This document shows positions 9,842 to 21,155 of a stretch of DNA of 35,641 nt, in pieces; the first letter of the stretch is position 1; the number at the start of each line of letters is the position of its first letter. Location of the stretch: the NCBI GenBank assembly GCA_001773455.1, contig MEWR01000014.1, positions 5,181 to 40,821 on the forward strand, written 5' to 3'. Made by a program: the position numbers and the translations under genes. Source of the DNA: Candidatus Abawacabacteria bacterium RBG_16_42_10 (lineage in GTDB: Bacteria; Patescibacteriota; Gracilibacteria; RBG-16-42-10). Below the pieces are notes generated by a model. That model saw nothing but the letters and a program-made list of their open reading frames with translations, ran no database searches and was not told where the DNA came from.

Positions 9842-10141
9842 ATGCAGTGGGCGAAAAAGGTCTTGTTGAGCAAAGAATTTCCTTTCTCTCCATCCCACCT
9901 TGCAGCTCATAGGGTTTACCGACACTCGTCTATCACTAGACGCATTCCCACGTACGTAGGACTTTTCACCTTTGATTTCGCCGAAGCAAAATTCGTATTG
10001 TCTCTGTGGCACTATCCCTATCTCGCATTTTGAATATATTGCGGGACGGTTCCCGTTAGGAACTATGATGCTCAAGCTGCTGTCCGGACTTTCCTCCCTG
10101 TACCAGATGGTACAGGGCGATAATCTGTCCAAAAGAGGCAT
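9812..10141 (-). CDS. Hypothetical protein
   Basis: 109-aa ATG ORF divergent from prsW; its last codons are read through a palindrome. Confidence 0.45.
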   Translation of the reverse strand: MPLLDRLSPCTIWYREESPDSSLSIIVPNGNRPAIYSKCEIGIVPQRQYEFCFGEIKGEKSYVRGNASSDRRVSVNPMSCKVGWRERKFFAQQDLFRPLHDPARKGGTR

Positions 10142-10213
10142 AACGATTATAAAAACATGGCTTGCTTATGTCTAGTCCTCATTCCCTATTATCATGTATA
10201 ATAATAATGGCTT

Positions 10214-11224
10214 ATGACACAAATACAAACTTTACTTAACGATCTTTTCTTTTGGTTCAGCAACATTTGGACTTGGATGATTGAACATCCCGGCCTTTTG
10301 ATATTTTTGGCAATGGGGGCACTCATTCCTGCCGGTTTCTGGTTATGGTTATATTACCGGCAGGTATACATGGACAAAGAAGATAAAAAGTGGATGATTG
10401 TCACGTTTTTTTGCGGAATATTCGCAGTTTTGCCGGTTCTTGGAGTGAATTATTTGCTCAAGACTTTTGCCAACTTTGAATTGATTAATTTCGTAGAAGA
10501 TGCGACTCTCGCTCAGCGTATTCCTCTTGTCATACTTGGTTTCATGATCATGGGAGGATTGGAAGAATATGCCAAGTTTGTGATTGTTCGCGGAGTAAAT
10601 GACAAACAGCAAGCTTTCAACCGTGTTGCTGACGGTATCGAATACGCAGTTGCCGGTGCTCTGGGCTTCGCTTTCATTGAAAATCTTGCCTACTTTGCCG
10701 TAGCTGCACAAGAATATTCTGAAGGACCTATAAACTTTGTCGCTCTTATGAGTGATAGTACCTTTATTCAAATCGTGATTGCCAGAAACATGGGAACCAT
10801 GCTCGTACACACATTATTTTCTGGTTTCTTGGGATATTATTATGGAAAGGCAAAAATATTAGGCTTACAAGCCGAAATTTCTGAAAAGAAAAAACTACGT
10901 AAATATCTGCTTGTCAAAGGCGTCAAAGCTCGTGTCAAACGCTTACGTATGATTTGGGACAATCGGAAATTTCCTGTCCCACGAGCTATTCATATCAAAC
11001 AAGATGAGCTTATCGCTGAAGGGCTGATGGTCGCGATCGTTTTACATGCTACTTACAATTCACTATTACACCTCGACGTGAGTTATCTTATTGCTCCACT
11101 TATAATCGGTGAATTCGCTTTGATAATGCATGAACTCCATCTCGAGAAAAATCTTCTGGTATATGATCTCGAGAAAGTCGAACGGACCGAAATCCGAAAA
11201 GAACTCGAAAAAAGTGTAGAGTGA
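10214..11224 (+). CDS. prsW: PrsW family intramembrane protease
   Basis: EEYAK, GFAFIEN, HTLFSG, LHATYN motifs in a polytopic membrane protein. Confidence 0.88.
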   Translation: MTQIQTLLNDLFFWFSNIWTWMIEHPGLLIFLAMGALIPAGFWLWLYYRQVYMDKEDKKWMIVTFFCGIFAVLPVLGVNYLLKTFANFELINFVEDATLAQRIPLVILGFMIMGGLEEYAKFVIVRGVNDKQQAFNRVADGIEYAVAGALGFAFIENLAYFAVAAQEYSEGPINFVALMSDSTFIQIVIARNMGTMLVHTLFSGFLGYYYGKAKILGLQAEISEKKKLRKYLLVKGVKARVKRLRMIWDNRKFPVPRAIHIKQDELIAEGLMVAIVLHATYNSLLHLDVSYLIAPLIIGEFALIMHELHLEKNLLVYDLEKVERTEIRKELEKSVE

Positions 11225-11226
11225 TG

Positions 11227-11279
11227 AGTTCTGAGTGCAGAAACTTCAACTCATCATTCAGCGCTCTGCACTCTGAACT
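11227..11279. terminator. Heptamer-built hairpin between convergent prsW and tgt (possible bidirectional terminator)
   Basis: AGTTCTGAGTGCAGA...TCTGCACTCTGAACT inverted repeat with 1 mismatch; relatives at ~20007-20072 and ~21047-21150. Confidence 0.55.
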
Positions 11280-11283
11280 TGTG

Positions 11284-12931
<1,648 letters not shown>

Positions 12932-12934
12932 AGA

Positions 12935-13582
12935 TCAGGTTCCGCGATGCAAAACCAGAGCAACAATATGGTGAAAGCCATGTCGGCGCAAGGCATTGGC
13001 GCACTCCGTAAGCGTCGTTCCGGAGGTCACGATATCATCGATCAAAACAATCGTTGTTTTTCTATCAATCTGCTGATGAAGAATGTCATTCACGACAAAC
13101 GCTCCCTTGAGATTCTCTTTTCTTTTTTCTTTGGAAAGCCCCACTTGTGTAATTGTTGCCTTTTTACGAAGTAATAATGGCAAAACTGCCACCGACCATA
13201 CTCGCAATTCTCGCACTAGCACCTCGGCTTGATTGAATCCTCGCGAAGCAAGCTTCTTTGCATGTAGTGGTATTGGCACACAAACAATATTCTCGGTTGT
13301 TTGCAAACCATCAAAAAAAGCGCGAGCCAATATCTTCTGCAATACCTCACCTGCCCCCAGCCAACGACGATATTTCCATGCATACAAAAAACGCGCAACG
13401 GTGTGACTTGTATCTCTGCAAGCAATCATCACTTGATCCAAACCCTGCACAGAATAATAAGAAATTTCAAAAGAAATATTTTTCTCAAAACTTTTACTGC
13501 ACCCACCACAAAGCCAAGAACCAATCTTTTGGCACTGCACACAGCGCGGCGGAAATAGCAGATTGAGGAAAAATTGAAGCAT
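12935..13582 (-). CDS. comF: ComF family phosphoribosyltransferase-like competence protein
   Basis: LLFPPRCVQC..LCGGC Zn finger, PIPLH..RGFNQA, RKENLKGAF, LIDDIVTSGTT. Confidence 0.93.
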   Translation of the reverse strand: MLQFFLNLLFPPRCVQCQKIGSWLCGGCSKSFEKNISFEISYYSVQGLDQVMIACRDTSHTVARFLYAWKYRRWLGAGEVLQKILARAFFDGLQTTENIVCVPIPLHAKKLASRGFNQAEVLVRELRVWSVAVLPLLLRKKATITQVGLSKEKRKENLKGAFVVNDILHQQIDRKTTIVLIDDIVTSGTTLTECANALRRHGFHHIVALVLHRGT

Positions 13583-13623
13583 AGCCAAATGAAGGATCTC
13601 TCATTATATCAGACGAAAAATGA

Positions 13624-13782
13624 AATTATTCTATCAGAAAATTCTTCGGGCATTCAAACTTCGCATGGCAAAGAATATTTTACGAACATATTATCCTAAG
13701 CGAACTAGCTCTCAATAACATCAGAACTTACATCTGCAATAACCCCAAACATCATCTAGACAAGAAAGACAGAAAGCATTAG
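13624..13782 (+). pseudogene. C-terminal fragment of a REP-associated tyrosine (Y1/RAYT) transposase
   Basis: Start-less frame reading NFAWQRIFYEHIILSELALNNIRTYICNNP, matching the RAYT pattern WQRxxYEHIIR....YIxxNP; HUH half absent. Confidence 0.75.
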
Positions 13783-13805
13783 AATACATCTTCAAAATAT
13801 ACTCT

Positions 13806-14111
13806 ATGAAAAAATCATTTATTCTCTCTTCAATCATTGCTATCGCAGCACTCCTACCAACCCCCTCGGTAGAGGCTGCAACAAACACTACAGGTTGCCG
13901 CGCTTATTTCGGCAATCGATGCGTTCAATATTATAACGAGCATTCAGCTAATTATGGCGCATTACCAAGCAATCGCGATCCAAATTGTCATGCCTATTAC
14001 GTCAATAAGTGCGTACAATATCGGTCATCAGTGAGCCGTTCTCAGCCAATGACCGTCTGTAAGCAATATTTCCCCTACTATTCAGGTTGTTATCGTATCA
14101 GGAAATCCTAA
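13806..14111 (+). CDS. Small secreted protein with Cys-pair repeats
   Basis: Signal peptide (MKKSFILSS..VEA); repeats CRAYFGNRCVQY and CHAYYVNKCVQY, plus degenerate CKQYFPYYSGC. Confidence 0.8.
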   Translation: MKKSFILSSIIAIAALLPTPSVEAATNTTGCRAYFGNRCVQYYNEHSANYGALPSNRDPNCHAYYVNKCVQYRSSVSRSQPMTVCKQYFPYYSGCYRIRKS

Positions 14112-14540
14112 TTATTTAGAGCTTTTCTCTTCCTTCATCGGCATTTCTTCCCTGCAACATCCTCCCATCTTGTCTGCAGGCATACAGTTGCCATGTTCAT
14201 CACAGCACTGACATCCCTCTCCGCAATTCCCACTTGTGCAGCAACCACAGCCCTCCATCATCATTCCATGATGTCTCTTTTTAAGCCCCATTAATGCACC
14301 AAGCACACCACCAATTGCAGCTCCGCTGATCATTCCCTTCATAGCTAGACTTGTGCTCAGCATATAGAGATTTTCTATGCCTTGATCCATACCGACATCG
14401 GGAGAAAGAGACATAAGCACATAACCGATCAGACTGATAACAACACCCAGAAGCAGACCGACAACTATACCAAGCAAACCGGCACAAAATGCCAACAAAG
14501 ACATTTTCAGAAGTTTATGCGCAGGAGAATGAGAATACAT
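14112..14540 (-). CDS. Membrane protein with Cys/His/Met-rich C-terminal tail
   Basis: Two Gly-rich hydrophobic segments, then HHGMMMEGCGCCTSGNCGEGCQCCDEHGNC..GGCC. Confidence 0.75.
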   Translation of the reverse strand: MYSHSPAHKLLKMSLLAFCAGLLGIVVGLLLGVVISLIGYVLMSLSPDVGMDQGIENLYMLSTSLAMKGMISGAAIGGVLGALMGLKKRHHGMMMEGCGCCTSGNCGEGCQCCDEHGNCMPADKMGGCCREEMPMKEEKSSK

Positions 14541-14651
14541 AGAAATGTAGAATTTAAAATGTAAAATTGACCACGTGAACTATACAGCAATAAATTCTAA
14601 GTTCAAAGCATATCCCTATTCCAAAGTGTCACCCTGGGGGCTAGGTTTTAA

Positions 14652-14703
14652 CTTAGAACTTTGAACCCTTCGATACACTCAGGGCAGGCTTAGAATTTAG
14701 AAC
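14652..14703 (-). repeat. Composite palindrome-in-heptamer element, copy 2
   Basis: Reverse complement GTTCTAAATTCTAAGCCTGCCCTGAGTGTATCGAAGGGTTCAAAGTTCTAAG; supplies the last codons and stop of elp3. Confidence 0.85.
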
Positions 14704-16384
14704 CGAGTTTCTTGGTCATGTATGTTCCTTCAAGCTCATATCCCAATTTTCGGTAATAGCCTCTCACACCGACTCCGCTGATCACAGCAATTTTTTGGAT
14801 ATGTTCTTTTTGGACAATTTCTTCTACTTTTGCCATCATGATTCGCCCCAATCCCAAATGTTGAGAGGCACCCTTTTTACGCTCCTCAAGGGGAACAGCT
14901 TCCCCATACGTATGAACTTCACGAATAATTGCCGCATTTGTTAATTCACGGATAAAATGCCTCTTGCCTGCAAGTGTATGATAAGGGATACGAAGACGTA
15001 GATGTGCATGCAGTATTGAGCGAGACTCATTTTCCATACTGATAAAAAATTCTTTTCCTTGGGATGCCTCATATTCTTCTACAAGCAGCTGAATATCATT
15101 GACATCATGAGGACGATTACGTACTTCTCGACAGCGAATACAACTACATATATAGCCCTTTTGACGCATATACGCATGTACCAATTCACGGAAATTTGTA
15201 TAATGTGTCCCATCAACCACATTTGGTCGCGGAATATCACGACCTAAACGGACGATTCTGACCCAATAAGGAATATTCTTTTTCACTTTCGCAAGCATCT
15301 CAATTAATTCCTCATCGCTATACGTTTGAAATTTTCCTTGGGTCCACCAATCTTTAAGCTCAGCATCGATAGTTACTACACATGGATAAATTTTTACTTG
15401 ATCGGGGCGAAAATCCGGATCATTCCATAAAATGTCATACATTTCTTTGTCACGTTTCAGATCACTGCCCGGCAAGTTTGGCATAGTATGGTAGTGGACC
15501 TTAAACCCGGCTTCTTTCAACAAAAATGTCGCTTCTTTTGCTTCTTTATTTCCATGTCCTCTTTTGGTCAATTCATTCACATCATCGTAAACACTTTGTA
15601 CACCGATCTCCACGCGAGTACCTCCAAGCTTTCGCATATGGATGACCTCATTTTCATTGATATAGTCGGGACGTGTTTCAAAGGTGATACCAACACAGCG
15701 AATGGCCGCAGTTTCATTGTGCAACATTTCTCTCTCTAATGTAGTATGTTTTTTAATCGTCGAATCGAAGCGTTTTACAAATTGCTTGGGATTTTCTTTC
15801 ATGATCATAAACTCATTCATAGCCTTCAAGGCCTTGCGAACAACACTTGATTGATATGACCTTGGCAAAAAAGAAAATGTTCCTCCCATCACAATCAAGT
15901 CAACTTTGTCGACAGTATGACCACCTGAAGATAGTGCAAAAAGACGCTTTGCTACCTGACGATAACTGTCGAAGTTCACCGTAATAGCACGCATCACTGC
16001 GGGTTCATTGGAATTATAACTCTTGGGAACGCCCTCTTCAGTCGGACAGTAAATACATTTTCCTGGACAAGGATAAGGCTTTGTTAAAACCGGGATGGGA
16101 GCCACACCTGACAATGTGCGTATAGCGCTTTTTTTGAGAATCTTGGGAATCCAATGTGTCTCAGGTAGTGTATTGCTTGCTACCGACTCATGGTATACGT
16201 GCAAAATAATCGTCTGCGCGGGACAAGGTACTTTAAATTTCCGTGCCGCTTCACGCTTGAGCTTATCAATCACCATACGATCTTGCGTATTCAACGCAAT
16301 TATTTTTTGCAAGACATACAAGGCAGCCTTGTAGAGCTCAGGGGTCATTTTCTGATATTCTTTCTGTGGAACGGTACTACTCAT
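14690..16384 (-). CDS. elp3: tRNA uridine(34) acetyltransferase Elp3 (radical SAM + GNAT)
   Basis: RTLSGVAP, PCPGKCIYCP, PKSY..EPA, MGGTF, ETRPD, KIYP, CIRCREV, IREVHTYG, QHLGLG, VISGVGVRGYYRKLGY. Alternative start at 16348. Confidence 0.93.
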   Translation of the reverse strand: MSSTVPQKEYQKMTPELYKAALYVLQKIIALNTQDRMVIDKLKREAARKFKVPCPAQTIILHVYHESVASNTLPETHWIPKILKKSAIRTLSGVAPIPVLTKPYPCPGKCIYCPTEEGVPKSYNSNEPAVMRAITVNFDSYRQVAKRLFALSSGGHTVDKVDLIVMGGTFSFLPRSYQSSVVRKALKAMNEFMIMKENPKQFVKRFDSTIKKHTTLEREMLHNETAAIRCVGITFETRPDYINENEVIHMRKLGGTRVEIGVQSVYDDVNELTKRGHGNKEAKEATFLLKEAGFKVHYHTMPNLPGSDLKRDKEMYDILWNDPDFRPDQVKIYPCVVTIDAELKDWWTQGKFQTYSDEELIEMLAKVKKNIPYWVRIVRLGRDIPRPNVVDGTHYTNFRELVHAYMRQKGYICSCIRCREVRNRPHDVNDIQLLVEEYEASQGKEFFISMENESRSILHAHLRLRIPYHTLAGKRHFIRELTNAAIIREVHTYGEAVPLEERKKGASQHLGLGRIMMAKVEEIVQKEHIQKIAVISGVGVRGYYRKLGYELEGTYMTKKLGSKF

Positions 16385-17053
16385 ATGAAAAACGACTATT
16401 ATAAAAGAAATTTACGCAGTGTCTACAATACCATAGCTGATCACTTTTCAAAAACCAGAAGCGATCTTTGGCCAGAATTGCAAGAGTTTCTTCCTTACAT
16501 CAGTGATAAAGATCATGTCATAGACATTGGTTGTGGTAATGGTCGCTTACTCAAACTTTTAACAGCCAAAAGTTGCACATATTTGGGCATAGACCAATCC
16601 GAAGAATTACTGAAAGAAGCAACAAGACTTTGGCCTACATATGCTTTTGAACTTGCGGACATGAGCATATATCACTATGGACGTGATCGCTTTCACGATG
16701 CTTTTTTTATTGCCAGCTTTCATCATCTCGCAAGTCATGATGAACAGTTAAAAGTTCTCAAAAGAATCCATGCTGCCTTAAAGTCAGAAGGACATCTCTT
16801 TATCACCGTATGGAATCTATGGCAAAGAAAATATCAAAAATATATTCAGAAAAAACCATATCACCATAGCTATATTCCATGGCAAAAAGGCGGTGAAATT
16901 TATAAACGTTTTTATTATGCATTCCAAAAAAAAGAGCTCGTAGCTCTCTGCAAAGAAGCCGGTTTCAAAATTTTAGAGTCCTGGTACAGCGATGGAAGCA
17001 GTAGAGTCACGGCGAAGACAGGGAGAAATATCTGCTTAATCGCCCAAAAATAG
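16385..17053 (+). CDS. Class I SAM-dependent methyltransferase, Trm9/ALKBH8-like
   Basis: From ATG 16385: VYNTIADHFSKTR..W, DIGCGNGR, IASFHHL, ITVW, YIPW, RFYYAF. Confidence 0.85.
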   Translation: MKNDYYKRNLRSVYNTIADHFSKTRSDLWPELQEFLPYISDKDHVIDIGCGNGRLLKLLTAKSCTYLGIDQSEELLKEATRLWPTYAFELADMSIYHYGRDRFHDAFFIASFHHLASHDEQLKVLKRIHAALKSEGHLFITVWNLWQRKYQKYIQKKPYHHSYIPWQKGGEIYKRFYYAFQKKELVALCKEAGFKILESWYSDGSSRVTAKTGRNICLIAQK

Positions 17054-17097
17054 TTCTAAATTCTAGGCCTGCCCTGAGCGCATCGAAGGGTTCTAAG
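17053..17097 (+). repeat. Composite palindrome-in-heptamer element, copy 3
   Basis: GTTCTAAATTCTAGGCCTGCCCTGAGCGCATCGAAGGGTTCTAAG at the convergent methyltransferase/rel junction. Confidence 0.85.
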
Positions 17098-17114
17098 TTG
17101 AGTTAACTTAGAAT

Positions 17115-19298
17115 TTATTTCTGCTTCACTTGATACGCCCTTATAACACCCGGCACCATATGTATACTATCGAGAAGTGCAGTCATTTGATCAACACTGC
17201 TTACCTCTACGAGAAGATCATCTTTTACTTTTCCTTTGCTATCTTTGGGATGCACAGTTACCGACAAAAGATTGATATTGAATTTTGCTAATTCGATCGT
17301 AATATCTCGCAAAAATCCTATACGATCACGGAATTCAACAACAATCTTTACCTGGTATCTTGGCTGCAGGCTGGGATGCAGCCAGCTGGCGTGCACGAGA
17401 CGATCTGGCGCTAAATGTTTCAGAGAACGACAGTCTTGTTTATGAATAGTTACACCTCTTCCTCGTGTGATATATCCGACAACCGGATCGGGCAAAACAG
17501 GATTGCAACATTTGGCAAAAATCGCCATAACGTCTTTCTCTCCTTGCACATACATTGTCCTCTTGGCAGCGGCAAGCGTTGTCTTACCACTAACTATCGG
17601 TCCCTGTACTAATTCTGCATCAGAAAATATTTTTTTAAGGACTACACGCTGGGACAAATCTCCTTCTCCGATTGCCACCATAATGTCATCAAGATTTTTG
17701 TATGAAGGATAGACAAGAAGTAATTTCTTCTTTTTTTCTTCAGACAAATCACCCATAGATCCCTTACCAAAGAAAGCCAATTCTCTACTCAGCAATTCAA
17801 TCCCCGAATTCAAATTGGCATCACGATCTTGCCTACGAAACCATGCCTTAATACGATTCTTTGCTCGGATAGTCACTACCAATCGCAACCAATCACGTTT
17901 TGGGCCGATGATTGTCTTGCTTGTGATGATATCCACGACGTCGCCTGTTTTGAGAGGCTGATCCAAGCGTACAATTTTGCCATTTACCTTTGCACCCTGA
18001 CATCGATATCCGACACTTGTGTGGACTGCAAAAGCAAAATCAATTGCATTGGCGCCCTCGGGCAAGTCCTTCACATCACCATCAGGCGTAAAAACAAACA
18101 TTCTCGTTTCAAACAGATCAACTTTCACTCCCTCCACAAACTCCTTACTATCCTGAATATTTTCTTGCAAATCTTTTAATCTTTTTAACCAGTTAAGATT
18201 TTTGCCACTAACCACTTGGCTTTTACCCTTATCCTTGTAAATCCAATGCGCCGCCACACCATGTTCAGCCTGTTCATGCATTTCTCGTGTACGAATTTGA
18301 AACTCCACCAAAGTCCCTCCAAAACAAAAAACAGTCGTATGTAAACTTCTATAACCATTGGATTTCGGCGCTGCTATATAATCTTTGAAACGATCTGCTT
18401 TTGGCTTCCACAACTCGTGGATAATACCTAAAACCGCGTAACAATCACTCACCTTTTCTACTACCACCCGAATGGCAAATAAATCATACACTTCATCGAG
18501 CGTTTTATGTTTTCGTTCCATCTTTCGAAAAATGGAATATAAATGTTTAGCCCTTCCGGAAATCTCCAAATCTTTCAATTTCAACTCCTCCTTGATGCTT
18601 TTACTGAGAACCTTTTGTATTTGGAGGATGAGTTTCTCACGTTGTTTCTGACCTAAATACAATTCATGCGTTAATTTATCAAACTGTAGAGGGAAAAGGT
18701 GTTGAAAACATAAATCTTCAAGTTCCCATTTGAAAGACCATATACCCAGACGATCCGCGAGAGGCGCATATATTTCGAGTGTCTCTTTTGCTATACGCAC
18801 CCTTTTTTCCGGACGAACGGCCATCAAGGTACGCATATTATGAAGACGATCAGCCAATTTTATGAGCACCACACGCAAGTCCTGCGAAAGCATCAGAAAC
18901 ATTTTCCTTAAGCAATCGACTTGATACTGCTCCATATCCATTTTGTATTTCACTTTGGAAAGTTTTGTCACCCCATACACAAGAGAAGCAACATCTTTGC
19001 CAAAATTTTCTCTTACATCTTCTAAAGTATATGACGTATCCTCAGGCACATCGTGGAGAAGCGCCGCCATGACCGTACTCTCATCTACATGTAGCTGTGT
19101 GAGAAGCACGGCTACCGCTAAGGGATGTTCAATGTATGCTTCACCGGATTTGCGAAATTGACCCCCATGAGCTTTCTTGGAAAAAAGATACGCTTCTTCA
19201 ATTTTCTTAAGATTTGCTTTAGGATTGTAAATCTCCAATGCTTCAAAGAGAGTTTTAAGCTCATAGACGCCGGAAAGAGCATGTGAGATTTTTTTCAT
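17115..19298 (-). CDS. relA: Bifunctional (p)ppGpp synthetase/hydrolase (long RSH)
   Basis: RKSGEAYIEHP, LLHDVPED hydrolase motif, KLADRLHNMRT, YRSLHT, EFQIRT, TGS domain, CCNP zinc finger, ACT domain. Confidence 0.96.
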   Translation of the reverse strand: MKKISHALSGVYELKTLFEALEIYNPKANLKKIEEAYLFSKKAHGGQFRKSGEAYIEHPLAVAVLLTQLHVDESTVMAALLHDVPEDTSYTLEDVRENFGKDVASLVYGVTKLSKVKYKMDMEQYQVDCLRKMFLMLSQDLRVVLIKLADRLHNMRTLMAVRPEKRVRIAKETLEIYAPLADRLGIWSFKWELEDLCFQHLFPLQFDKLTHELYLGQKQREKLILQIQKVLSKSIKEELKLKDLEISGRAKHLYSIFRKMERKHKTLDEVYDLFAIRVVVEKVSDCYAVLGIIHELWKPKADRFKDYIAAPKSNGYRSLHTTVFCFGGTLVEFQIRTREMHEQAEHGVAAHWIYKDKGKSQVVSGKNLNWLKRLKDLQENIQDSKEFVEGVKVDLFETRMFVFTPDGDVKDLPEGANAIDFAFAVHTSVGYRCQGAKVNGKIVRLDQPLKTGDVVDIITSKTIIGPKRDWLRLVVTIRAKNRIKAWFRRQDRDANLNSGIELLSRELAFFGKGSMGDLSEEKKKKLLLVYPSYKNLDDIMVAIGEGDLSQRVVLKKIFSDAELVQGPIVSGKTTLAAAKRTMYVQGEKDVMAIFAKCCNPVLPDPVVGYITRGRGVTIHKQDCRSLKHLAPDRLVHASWLHPSLQPRYQVKIVVEFRDRIGFLRDITIELAKFNINLLSVTVHPKDSKGKVKDDLLVEVSSVDQMTALLDSIHMVPGVIRAYQVKQK

Positions 19299-19386
19299 TT
19301 TTTATTCGCTACAATAAATCAGTCTTCTAACTTTGAATCCCTCGCCCGAACTCGGGACAAGCTTAGAACTATTCTAAAGGCATAGT

Positions 19387-20028
19387 ATGTCGAAACACAA
19401 GCAACAATCATCTGATGATCTTTCCAATTATGATGAAAGAGGTCTCTGGAAAATCATAGTGGGGAAGGAACTCTCTTCATTTTTGGAGAGCAAACAAACA
19501 TATCTGCTTCACTCACTTTCGTCGATTTCTCACATTGAGCAGATCACATCTACGGGCCTCCCTACAGCAAGAAAAATCGCAGCAACATTGGAATTGGGAC
19601 GAAGAATATTTCGTTATACTCCCGAAAGCCCGACGCTCAACTCCCCTTTCGCGGTTTATCGTTACACGCGAGGCATGTTGGAGCAAAAACAAGAAATGAT
19701 TCGTGCTATCTATCTGAGTAGCAGACTAACAATCGTATGTGATGAAATTATCGCGATTGGCAAGCAAAACAGCGCTTTTATTGGAATTCGTGAGCTATTC
19801 CGTCCGGCTTTCGTCCATAATGCTCATACTTTCATTCTCGTACACAATCATCCCTCAGGTGACCCCACGGCAAGCGAAGAAGACATTGCTATGACCAAGT
19901 ACATTGCAACAATGTCGCATATGCTTTCCTTGTCATTACAGGATCATATCATTGTCGCACAAAATGGTTTTGTCAGTGTGCGAGAGAAATATCCGGAAAT
20001 TTTCTCAGTGCAGAATGCAGAGCGCTGA
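19387..20028 (+). CDS. radC: RadC / JAB domain protein
   Basis: ELGRR and HNHPSGDPTASEED..DHII motifs. Confidence 0.9.
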   Translation: MSKHKQQSSDDLSNYDERGLWKIIVGKELSSFLESKQTYLLHSLSSISHIEQITSTGLPTARKIAATLELGRRIFRYTPESPTLNSPFAVYRYTRGMLEQKQEMIRAIYLSSRLTIVCDEIIAIGKQNSAFIGIRELFRPAFVHNAHTFILVHNHPSGDPTASEEDIAMTKYIATMSHMLSLSLQDHIIVAQNGFVSVREKYPEIFSVQNAER

Positions 20029-20127
20029 GTGCTGAGTTGAAATTTCTGCACTCTGCACTCAGAACTCTGCACTGTATACTCACTTGAGTCCAAACATATC
20101 ATCCCCTATACTTTACCTATAACTCTT

Positions 20128-21048
20128 ATGAAAAAAGATAAATTCAATTTTGCTGTCGGTGGTCAAGCTTTGATCGAAGGCGTTATGATGCGTTCTCCCC
20201 ATGCCATCTCCCTTGCATGTCGACGCCCGGATGGATCTGTCGCGACCAAATTGGACCATTATCAAAGTTGGTCTGAAAAAATAGGCGTTCAGAGAATCCC
20301 TATTATTCGAGGCATGGTATCATTTATTGAAATGATGGTGGTAGGCGTCCGTGCTTTAAACTATTCAGCTGCTATTGCCGCTGAAGAAGAAAATCAAGAA
20401 AACACATCAAGTTGGGTTGATTCTTTCACAACTATTGTGAGCATCATCCTCTCACTGGCCTTTCTCATCGTGCTTTTCAAATGGCTGCCATTAGAATTAG
20501 CATCCCAAGTGTCATCCGTTTCTCCTCAAGTACACGACAATTGGTGGTTATTCAATCTCGTTGATGGCATTATCAAATTAGGCGTGTTCCTAGGATATTT
20601 AATCCTCGTATCACTCTTCCCTCAAATGAAACGCTTATTTGCGTATCACGGCGCGGAACATAAATCAGTATTTACCTACGAAGACGATGTCAGTTAAACG
20701 ACAAAAGAAGCCAAATTGCGCAGCCGTTTCCATCCTCGCTGTGGCACGAGCTTTCTCTTTGTTGTCATCATCGCAAGTATTCTTTTGTACACCGTCATCC
20801 CTCCGGTAGCTTCTTTTGGAGGGAAATTACTCATTAGGATAGCTCTTTTACCGGTTATCGCAGGTCTTTCTTTTGAAGTACTCAAATTAAGCGGCCGTTT
20901 CCAAAGTCACTGGTGGGTACGAGTCCTATCCATGCCAGGCTTACTTCTGCAGAGACTGACCACCAAAGAACCCGATGAATCGCAACTGGAAATAGCGCTG
21001 ATAGCCCTCAATAATGCGCTGGCGTACGAAGAAAAACTGAGGAAATAG
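20128..21048 (+). pseudogene. DUF1385 family membrane protein interrupted by an in-frame TAA at 20695-20697
   Basis: GGQALIEGVMM, YHGAEHK, HPRCGTSF, LQRLTTKEP motifs; both ORF-track pieces share one frame separated by a single stop. Confidence 0.85.
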
Positions 21049-21150
21049 TTCAGAGTGCAGAGCGCTGAGTTCAGAGTGATGAGTTGAAGTTTCTGCACTC
21101 TGCATTCAGCCTGCCCGCCGAAGCTCTTGCGAAGGAGGGAACTCTGCACT
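21047..21150. repeat. Heptamer hairpin with nested GCCTGCCCGCCGAAGCTCTTGCGAAGGAGGG element at a convergent junction
   Basis: Near copy of 11227-11279 (reverse complement) with one extra 7-nt unit; nested element at 21109-21140. Confidence 0.75.
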
Positions 21151-21155
21151 CATTG

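Noticed and set aside
16190-16384. 65-aa N-terminal extension of the methyltransferase (similarly tgt 12406-12477 and pilin 31632-31841)
   Set aside because: These overlap neighbouring genes, and family motifs or signal peptides start at the downstream ATG
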